Assembly: GCA_965116885.1 (NCBI GenBank)
Contig: OZ220741.1
Location: 5,184,001 to 5,248,000, forward strand
Reading direction: 5' to 3'
DNA from: Candidatus Latescibacterota bacterium
Lineage (GTDB): Bacteria > Latescibacterota > UBA2968
Length of the DNA: 64,000 nt
The notes under the pieces were generated by a model. It searched no databases. It saw only the letters and a list, made by a program, of their open reading frames with translations, and was not told the origin of the DNA. Position numbers and translations under genes: made by a program. Of this stretch, positions 56,653-64,000 are shown piece after piece; positions within the stretch are counted from its first letter, which is position 1, and each line of letters starts with the position of its first letter.

Positions 56653-56688
56653 AAGCCCAACGGCCTCTTCCAAACCGTTGGGCTTTTC
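56653..56688 (+). terminator. Intrinsic terminator after dppA
   Basis: AAGCCCAACGG-N11-CCGTTGGGCTT then T-run. Confidence 0.75.
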
Positions 56689-57035
56689 CTATTAGAGCCT
56701 CAATGGAACAGGTCAAAAGATTTAAAAATTGCCTATCAGTGTGGGTTTGTGTCTTTATCGACTTTTAGCAGGGCGTGCAAGACAAAAAAATAAAACCACG
56801 TATAAAAAAATGGAAACTGGGACAAATTCTGAACGTTAGGACAAAGGTTTGGCATTGATTTTAGAAACGTTTGTGTCGATTTTTTATAAATGTCAGTAAA
56901 AAAGTACCGTTCACGCAAATTAAGGTGTCTCAGATGTGATGCCAGGCACTATTTATACAAATGTCCTGACCGACCAGCCGGGCAAATCTGTTCACACTAT
57001 TGTGTAACTGAAGTCTTAAATGAAAAGAGAAACCA

Positions 57036-59792
57036 ATGCGTAACCTGATTTTGTTCACACTATCCACACTCGCGTTTTTAATACATCCGCTATTTCTTCC
57101 AGCGCAAAATAGCTTTTCTTTTTCCATAGAGGCGAACAGTGCGACGGGTGATCAAGCGATCACATCTGTTAATGTATCCCCGGACTTTGATGGCGATGGT
57201 ATGGTTGGCTTCTCTGACTTTTTGGCGTTTGTAGGTCTGTTTGGGTCACGTCAAGGCGATGGAAGGTATGAAGCGAAGTATGACCTGGACAGCGACGGCG
57301 CAATTGGATTTGCCGATTTTCTGATCTTTAGTGCCAGCTTTGGCAAAGAGGTATCTTCCCCAGGGGATGATGCAACGCAGGTTGCCATTCCGGATGCGAG
57401 CCTGCGTGCTGTTATTGCGGACAGTCTCGGCAAGGCGAGCGATGCGCCAATCACGCAGGCAGAGATGGCGACCTTAACTCACCTTGCTGCTCGGAACAAG
57501 AATATTCGCGATCTGACCGGGCTTGAGTTTGCTATTAATCTGACAGCGTTGGATCTCGAAGGAGAGGGAGTGGGTGTGGATGGAGAGTGGGTGAACAGCA
57601 ACGAGATATCCAACCTGTCGCCGCTATCTAATTTAACCCGTCTGGAACGACTGTATCTTTCCGGCAACAGCATATCGGATGTAGCATCGCTATCGAACTT
57701 GACCAATCTGGAAGCGCTGTGGCTTGACGTCAACAGCATATCGAATGTGGCACCGCTATCCAACTTGACCAGCCTAATAGGACTGGAGCTTTCCTTCAAC
57801 AGCATATCGAGTGTGGCACCGTTATCTAACTTGACCAGCCTAAGATCACTGACTCTTGCTGGCAACAGCATATCGAATGTGTCTGCACTGTCAGGATTAA
57901 CCAGTCTGGAATGGCTGGATCTTTCCTTCAACAGCATAGCGAATGTGGCGCCGCTATCTAATATGACCAGCCTGATAGAACTGGAGCTTTCCGACAACAG
58001 CATATCGAGTGTGGCACCGCTATCTAATTTAACCCGTCTGGAATGGCTGGGGCTTTCCGACAACAGCATCTCGGACCTCGCACCGCTGGTGGCAAATGCG
58101 GGATTGGGTGAAGGAGATTGGATTGAAGTAAGGAACAACCCCTTGAGTGCCACATCAATCAACACCCACATTCCAGCCCTTCAGAGCAGAGGGGTTAGTG
58201 TACTCTATACCCGTAGTGGCGGTAGTGGAGGCGGTGGTGGTGGCAGTGGTGGCAGTGCAACGGACGTTGTCATTCTGGATGAAAACCTGTATGAGGTCAT
58301 TGCGAACAGTCTCGGCAAGGCGTTCGGTGCGCCAATCACGCAGGCAGAGATGGCGACCTTAACTCGCCTTGATGCATCGAACGCGAATATTCGCGATCTA
58401 ACCGGGCTTGAGTTTGCTATTAACCTGACAGAGTTGGTCCTCGGTGTAGACGAAGGGAGCTTGTGGAAGGAGAACATCAATGAGCTACTCAACAACCCTT
58501 CGCTATACTTGACCTATATAATAGAACTATGGATTAACTTTTCCTTCAACCTTTCCCTCAACAGAATATCGGATGTGACACCGCTATCTAACTTGACCAG
58601 CCTAAGATTCCTGGATCTTTCCTATAACAGCATATCGGATGTGACGCCACTATCTAACTTGACCAATCTGGAAGTGCTGGATCTTTCCGGCAACAGCAGA
58701 TGGGAAGAGGTAGTGACGCCACTATCGGATGTGACGCCACTATCTAACTTGACCAATCTGGAAGTGCTGGATCTTTCCGGCAACAGCATATCAAATGTGA
58801 CGCCACTATCTAACTTGACCAGCCTAAGGACCCTGGATCTTTTCAAAACCAGCATAGCGAATATGTCTGCACTGTCAGGATTAACCAATCTGGAAGTGCT
58901 GGATCTTTCCTACACAAGCATATCGGATGTAACACCACTATCTAACTTGACCAGCCTAAGATTTCTGGGTCTTGCCAGCAACGGCATATCGGATGTGACG
59001 CCGCTTGTGACGCTTCTATCTAACTTGACCAGCCTAAGATCACTGACTCTTGCTGGCAACAGCATATCGAATGTGTCTGCACTGTCAGGATTAACCAGTC
59101 TGGAATGGCTGAATCTTTCCAGCAACAGCATAGCGAATGTGGCACCGCTATCTAACTTGACCAATCTAAGATGGCTGACTCTTATCGAAAACAACATATC
59201 TGATGTGATACCACTATCCAACTTGACCAATCTAAGAGCTCTAACTCTTATCGAAAACAACATATCTGATGTGACACCACTATCCAACTTGACCAATCTG
59301 GAATTGCTGGATCTTTCCCGCAACAGCATAGCGAACGTGACACCACTATCCAACTTGACCAATCTAAGATGGCTGACTCTTGACGACAACAACATATCGG
59401 ATATGACACCGATATCTAATTTGACCCGTCTGGTAGTGCTGCAACTTGACGACAACAGCATATCGAATGTGACACCGATATCTAACTTAATCAACCTGAT
59501 AGATCTGGATCTTTCCAGCAACAGCATCTCAGACCTCGCGCCGCTGGTGGCAAACACGGGATTGGGTGAAGGAGATGAGGTTGATGTGAGCAACAACCCC
59601 TTGAGTGCCACATCAATCAACATACATATTCCAACCCTTGAGAGCAGAGGGGTCGAGGTAGATTTTAGCGCATCGAAGCCCACTGTGAAAAACAAAGAAC
59701 TGAGGATGCCCCTCCGGATGATAGAACCGTTTGGAATGAAAAAATGGAAGGTGGGCGATAATTTGAAAAAAGATCGCTTGAATAATTTTTGA
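57036..59792 (+). CDS. Secreted dockerin-like + two internalin-type LRR domains
   Basis: Signal peptide; DFDGDGMVGFSDF..DLDSDGAIGFADF; about 7 + 15 repeats of 22 aa (66 bp); GS linker. Confidence 0.9.
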   Translation: MRNLILFTLSTLAFLIHPLFLPAQNSFSFSIEANSATGDQAITSVNVSPDFDGDGMVGFSDFLAFVGLFGSRQGDGRYEAKYDLDSDGAIGFADFLIFSASFGKEVSSPGDDATQVAIPDASLRAVIADSLGKASDAPITQAEMATLTHLAARNKNIRDLTGLEFAINLTALDLEGEGVGVDGEWVNSNEISNLSPLSNLTRLERLYLSGNSISDVASLSNLTNLEALWLDVNSISNVAPLSNLTSLIGLELSFNSISSVAPLSNLTSLRSLTLAGNSISNVSALSGLTSLEWLDLSFNSIANVAPLSNMTSLIELELSDNSISSVAPLSNLTRLEWLGLSDNSISDLAPLVANAGLGEGDWIEVRNNPLSATSINTHIPALQSRGVSVLYTRSGGSGGGGGGSGGSATDVVILDENLYEVIANSLGKAFGAPITQAEMATLTRLDASNANIRDLTGLEFAINLTELVLGVDEGSLWKENINELLNNPSLYLTYIIELWINFSFNLSLNRISDVTPLSNLTSLRFLDLSYNSISDVTPLSNLTNLEVLDLSGNSRWEEVVTPLSDVTPLSNLTNLEVLDLSGNSISNVTPLSNLTSLRTLDLFKTSIANMSALSGLTNLEVLDLSYTSISDVTPLSNLTSLRFLGLASNGISDVTPLVTLLSNLTSLRSLTLAGNSISNVSALSGLTSLEWLNLSSNSIANVAPLSNLTNLRWLTLIENNISDVIPLSNLTNLRALTLIENNISDVTPLSNLTNLELLDLSRNSIANVTPLSNLTNLRWLTLDDNNISDMTPISNLTRLVVLQLDDNSISNVTPISNLINLIDLDLSSNSISDLAPLVANTGLGEGDEVDVSNNPLSATSINIHIPTLESRGVEVDFSASKPTVKNKELRMPLRMIEPFGMKKWKVGDNLKKDRLNNF

Positions 59793-59985
59793 CACCTCGG
59801 TTTTCGCACCACCGAGAAATCACTTTGTGGTCACAAATAAAAACGGCAGTGAACTGTAATACTCACCGCCGTTCTTTATATTTTTGTGTTAGATTAAGAA
59901 ACAGATTGCAGCACGCAACACCTGTACTGGCTCTCGCCTTATCTACCCCGTCTAATTTTAGACGCTCCGATAACAGCGTCCCCTT

Positions 59986-60372
59986 TTATCTCACTTCATC
60001 AATATGATCCGTCAACCATTCGATCAGTTTATTACGAGAAACATCCCCTGAAGCAAGTCCTAAAATGACTTGTTCCTGATCATCTACGGAAGCATAAATT
60101 TCATATCCATTCAGGACCAACATGACTTCCATAGCAGCATGTCCTACTCGCTTGTTTCCATCAATGAACGGGTGATTTTGAACCAAGGAAAAACTCAATG
60201 CAGCAGCTTTTTCAATCAGAGTCGGGTAAAGATCACGACCTCCAAACGTCATATGGGGCTGGGCGATGGCTGATTCCAATCCGCCGAGGTCACGTAACCC
60301 CGTCGATCCACCACTTTCTTCAATAATACGCCGATGAAGTTCTAACACTTCACTCAGACTGATATAACGCAT
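59986..60372 (-). CDS. doc: Death-on-curing (Doc/Fic) family toxin
   Basis: GLRDLGGLESA, HPFIDGNKRVG. Confidence 0.9.
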   Translation of the reverse strand: MRYISLSEVLELHRRIIEESGGSTGLRDLGGLESAIAQPHMTFGGRDLYPTLIEKAAALSFSLVQNHPFIDGNKRVGHAAMEVMLVLNGYEIYASVDDQEQVILGLASGDVSRNKLIEWLTDHIDEVR

Positions 60373-60563
60373 TAACTCAACCTTCGATAGAGTCCTCGAT
60401 TCTTCTTCAGGACATGCTCTGCAGCGTGCTCAAAGTCTGCATCTGAATGTAAAAGGTCGGTTAATGCTGCCTTAGCCAATTTCTCCACAGGAACATTCAG
60501 TCGTTTAGCGGTCGCTTGTAAGCGTTTGACCTCATTTTCGGATAAATCCACAGAAAATTTCAC
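60372..60563 (-). CDS. Putative antitoxin (ribbon-helix-helix-like)
   Basis: 63 aa, 1-bp overlap with doc, ends VLKKNRGLYRRLS. Confidence 0.75.
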   Translation of the reverse strand: MKFSVDLSENEVKRLQATAKRLNVPVEKLAKAALTDLLHSDADFEHAAEHVLKKNRGLYRRLS

Positions 60564-60753
60564 ATTTTGTCTCCCAATAAAAAATATTTTGAGCTATATG
60601 TGCATCTCGTTGATCCAACTATCCCACCCTTCGACATAAATAATGCTTAATTTTTAGTAACAATAAATAACACGATTGTCAAGGGTTTAGTTATATTTGA
60701 GTTCATTCCGCTTTTAAAACTCTATTCTCATCACCTTCTCAAAATCGCTTCCC

Positions 60754-61764
60754 ATGCACATCTACATCCTCAAAAGACTACTGGCACTGATCCCCACCCT
60801 ATTGGGCATTACAGTGCTGGTATTTTTTATGGTCCATCTCGTACCAGGAGATCCCGCACAGATCATGCTGGGCGAACGGGCAAGTGCCGAAAGTCTGGCA
60901 GCCTTGAGACGCGATCTGGGTTTAGATCAGCCCTTGCATGTGCAATTCGGACGCTATCTATCCGACCTGGTGCAAGGCGACCTGGGCAGGTCCATTAAAT
61001 CGCACGAACGCGTATCCGTCGAACTAATGGCGCGTTTCCCCGCCACCATGGAACTCACCTTCGCGAGCATGGTATTCGCCTGCATACTCGGCATTGGTGC
61101 AGGAGTAGCATCCGCAGTTCGACGCGGCACCTGGTGGGATTATATCGGCATGACAGCATCCTTAGCAGGCGTCTCAGTGCCAATATTCTGGCTGGGATTA
61201 TTGCTCATCCTCGCCCTTGCAGTCTCCCTACCGCTATTCCCCGTCTCCGGACGGCTCAGCTCCCATGTATTTATACCCACACTAACTGGATTCTACCTTA
61301 TAGATAGCTTGATCGCAGGTGATCTTCCCAGTTTTGGCGACGCACTCTGGCATTTGATCTTGCCGGGCATAACCCTGGGCACCGTGCCCGCCGCTGTTAT
61401 CGCGCGCATGACCCGGTCGAGCTTGCTGGAAGTCCTGCGCGAAGATTATGTACGCACCGCCTGGGCAAAAGGCTTATCTGAACGGGTCGTCATCTTGCGT
61501 CACGCACTGAAAAACGCGTTCATCCCCGTCTTAACCGTAATCAGCTTGCAATTCGGTTATCTACTGGGCGGCGCCGTCTTAACCGAAAGCATCTTTGCCT
61601 GGCCCGGGGTCGGGCGCTGGTTGCTCCTCTCGGTTTACGCACGCGACTTTCGGGCAATACAAGGGGGCGTACTAATCGTCGCTACGACCTTTGTCCTAAT
61701 CAACTTAATCGCAGATCTATTATACGCCTATCTGGACCCACGGATCAAATACGGTAAGGAATAA
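60754..61764 (+). CDS. dppB: Dipeptide ABC transporter permease
   Basis: VPGDPA, GDLGRS, TRSSLLEVLREDYVRTAWAKGL. Confidence 0.92.
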   Translation: MHIYILKRLLALIPTLLGITVLVFFMVHLVPGDPAQIMLGERASAESLAALRRDLGLDQPLHVQFGRYLSDLVQGDLGRSIKSHERVSVELMARFPATMELTFASMVFACILGIGAGVASAVRRGTWWDYIGMTASLAGVSVPIFWLGLLLILALAVSLPLFPVSGRLSSHVFIPTLTGFYLIDSLIAGDLPSFGDALWHLILPGITLGTVPAAVIARMTRSSLLEVLREDYVRTAWAKGLSERVVILRHALKNAFIPVLTVISLQFGYLLGGAVLTESIFAWPGVGRWLLLSVYARDFRAIQGGVLIVATTFVLINLIADLLYAYLDPRIKYGKE

Positions 61765-61773
61765 CGCCTCACA

Positions 61774-62643
61774 ATGGCACACATTCAAGACACCTTACAA
61801 ACACCACCGCAAACCACCGCGCTATTGATCTGGCAGCGCTTGCGAAAAAACCGTCTCTCCCTTGTGGGCAGTATATTGATCGGAGGCTTTCTACTCCTGG
61901 CATTCACAGCGCCATTAATCGCTCCCTCCGATCCAATGGCGCAGGCACTCTACAATCGACTATCGCCCCCAACGCTCGAACACCCGTTCGGCACAGATGA
62001 TTTTGGCCGAGACATATTGAGCCGCGTCATCTATGGCGCGCGGATCTCTCTGCGCGTTGGCGTATTCGCCGTACTGATCGCCCTCATACTGGGCACCTGC
62101 ATCGGAGTCGTCGCTGGCTATTGGGGGGGATGGACAGATCAAATATTGATGCGTCTGATGGACCTGCTACTCGCCTTTCCGAGCATATTGCTCGCAATCG
62201 GCATCGTGGCTATTTTGGGACCCGGCCTGGAAAATGCCATGTTGGCCGTCGGCATTGTGGCTATGCCGCAATATGCGCGCCTGATTCGCGCGTCCGTCTT
62301 AACCGTGCGAGAAACCGATTATGTCATGGCCGCACGCGCTCTGGGAGCATCGGATTGGCGCATACTATGCGTAGCCGTCTTGCCCAATTGTCTCGCCCCA
62401 CTGATCGTCCAAGCGACATTGGGATTGGCAACCGCGATCCTCGACGCTGCTGGACTGAGCTTTCTTGGCCTGGGCGCACAACCCCCAACACCCGAATGGG
62501 GGGCGATGCTGAGCCAGGGACGCGAACTGATTGTGCGCGCACCCTGGGTACTCACCTTTCCCGGAGGAGCGATCTTTTTCACAGTACTGGCATTTAATCT
62601 GGTTGGCGATGGTCTGAGGGACGCGCTGGATCCAAAGGCTTAA
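61774..62643 (+). CDS. dppC: Dipeptide ABC transporter permease
   Basis: GTDDFGRDILSRVIYGARISL, LSFLGLGAQPPTPEWG, GDGLRDALDP. Confidence 0.92.
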   Translation: MAHIQDTLQTPPQTTALLIWQRLRKNRLSLVGSILIGGFLLLAFTAPLIAPSDPMAQALYNRLSPPTLEHPFGTDDFGRDILSRVIYGARISLRVGVFAVLIALILGTCIGVVAGYWGGWTDQILMRLMDLLLAFPSILLAIGIVAILGPGLENAMLAVGIVAMPQYARLIRASVLTVRETDYVMAARALGASDWRILCVAVLPNCLAPLIVQATLGLATAILDAAGLSFLGLGAQPPTPEWGAMLSQGRELIVRAPWVLTFPGGAIFFTVLAFNLVGDGLRDALDPKA

Positions 62644-63875
62644 TTCAATTTTTCCATCGGACCGAGAGCGACAAGCGCGGGATCCGCATCGAGAGGATAT
62701 TGTTCGAGATAATCGGCAATGCGTTCTGGCGTAACGGCATCGATCTCCGCGCGTTCTTCTTCAAGCGTTTTGAGCGGCGTATCGGTACTTAGACTACCCA
62801 CAATTTGAGAGAAGCGAGAAAGACCATTTTCCCCACTGCAAATAATACCCGTAGCCTGCTTGGTCTTGGCGCGTTGGAGCGCGTCACTATCAATACCATT
62901 CTTTAAATCCGCCATTTCGCGCCGCACAATATCGAGAACCCGAGACACATTTTGCGGATCCACGGACAGATAAACGTAAAAAAGCCCGGCATCACTAAAA
63001 TTGATATACTCTGCCGATGCTTCATCGGCCAAACCCTCTTGAATAACAGACCAGTAGAACCGGCTATTGGTCGATGCGCCCAAATAAACAGAAAGCAGAT
63101 CTGCAGTCGGGGCATGATCATCGGAAGATGACGGCGCGGGAAGCGCGAGCGCGATATGTTCGCGCGCCACACCATCGCGTTGCACAACGCGATTTGCAGC
63201 GTGAAAAGTCGGGATAGATTGCTCCCGACCATTATCAGACACCTGCCAGTCTCCGCAATGTGCTTCAACGGCGCGAATAATCTCATCGCGATCAAACGCA
63301 CCTGTAATGACAAACGTGAGGTTATTGGGACCATAGCGCCGCTGGTGATATTCCGCCATCAAATCGCGGGTAATAGACTTCACCGTATCCTCTGTACCCA
63401 GCACACTCTGCCCTAAGGGATGGTCGCCAAAAGCCTCTTGAATGAGATCGTCGATAATAAGCGCGTCGGGCTGGTCGTGATACATCGCAATCTCTTCGAG
63501 AATAACCTTCTTTTCCATATCAAATTCATCCGATGGCAAATTGGCGCGCATCATATCGCTGAGAATCTCGATAGAATCCGTTGCCCGATCACTTTGCACC
63601 CAGTGAAAATAGGCCGTACCTTCCCACCATGTGTAGGCATTCCACATAGCGCCCAGATCATCGACATCGAGCGAAAGTTGCCGCCAGTCGCGCTTGGGTG
63701 TCCCCTTGAAACACATGTGTTCGAGAAAATGTGAGATCCCCAAAAGGTCTGAAGCTTCATCGCGCGATCCCGTTTGGGCAAAAAATCCCAGCGCAGCCGA
63801 ACGAATGCGTGGAATAGTTTCAAAAACAAGCGTGAGACCATTATCGAGGGTATGCGTGGAAAACGGTGAAGACAT
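62640..63875 (-). CDS. M16 (pitrilysin/insulinase) family peptidase
   Basis: GISHFLEHMCFKGT (HxxEH), NAYT, VILEE, HPLGQSVLG. Confidence 0.92.
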   Translation of the reverse strand: MSSPFSTHTLDNGLTLVFETIPRIRSAALGFFAQTGSRDEASDLLGISHFLEHMCFKGTPKRDWRQLSLDVDDLGAMWNAYTWWEGTAYFHWVQSDRATDSIEILSDMMRANLPSDEFDMEKKVILEEIAMYHDQPDALIIDDLIQEAFGDHPLGQSVLGTEDTVKSITRDLMAEYHQRRYGPNNLTFVITGAFDRDEIIRAVEAHCGDWQVSDNGREQSIPTFHAANRVVQRDGVAREHIALALPAPSSSDDHAPTADLLSVYLGASTNSRFYWSVIQEGLADEASAEYINFSDAGLFYVYLSVDPQNVSRVLDIVRREMADLKNGIDSDALQRAKTKQATGIICSGENGLSRFSQIVGSLSTDTPLKTLEEERAEIDAVTPERIADYLEQYPLDADPALVALGPMEKLN

Positions 63876-63890
63876 AAGTTGCTCCGCAGA

Positions 63891-63918
63891 AATTAAGAAT
63901 TAGGAATTGAGAATTAGG
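63891..63918. repeat. Heptamer tandem repeat tract
   Basis: AATTAAG AATTAGG AATTGAG AATTAGG; the reverse-complement units occur at 30075-30144. Confidence 0.65.
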
Positions 63919-64000
63919 AGTGCGAATCAGGTGAAGCGTGAAGTATGGAACGGTTAGGCCCAGTCCCCTTTTCACAGATTCTTCGCCATGGCAATAGCTT

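Noticed and set aside
56849..56960. Sigma54 promoter for the LRR gene
   Set aside because: TGGCAT and AGGCAC half-sites lack a GC at -12
57596..59530. CRISPR-like periodic repeats
   Set aside because: 66-bp in-frame coding LRR units with no unique spacers and no cas genes
63955..64000. 3' end of an upstream minus-strand gene
   Set aside because: Too short to identify

Overview
Bacterial chromosomal window with about 50 genes. No rRNA, tRNA, CRISPR array, transposase or reverse transcriptase is recognisable. The backbone is catabolic and housekeeping: two sulfatases, a GH29 fucosidase, a YcjQ-like dehydrogenase, six enolase-superfamily dehydratases, three Gfo/Idh/MocA oxidoreductases, a PhyH dioxygenase, selA-selB, fbaB, mazG, dppABC and an M16 peptidase. 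Accessory islands interrupt it and encode secreted modular proteins built from shared parts (internalin-type LRRs, WD40, Ig-like and dockerin/EF-hand-like modules), plus HicAB and Doc toxin-antitoxin pairs. This repertoire resembles marine-sponge symbionts of the Latescibacterota/Gemmatimonadota neighbourhood (inference, not verified). The strongest candidate system lies at 18158-28843. A cytoplasmic beta-propeller/Y_Y_Y sensor fused to a sigma54 activator sits divergent from a perfect -24/-12 promoter that heads a 7-kb array of secreted proteins. The array includes FGE/C-type-lectin-fold genes that share a near-invariant 30-bp 3' tail; one has a DGR-style NNC-rich variable region. Other leads are an integrase-arm/inactive-nuclease fusion with a repeat-rich promoter and a neighbouring structured RNA candidate, a hypervariable 22-repeat LRR gene, a dispersed palindromic element, and a duplicated dehydratase with a deletion scar. 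All product calls come from motif recognition; no database searches were run.
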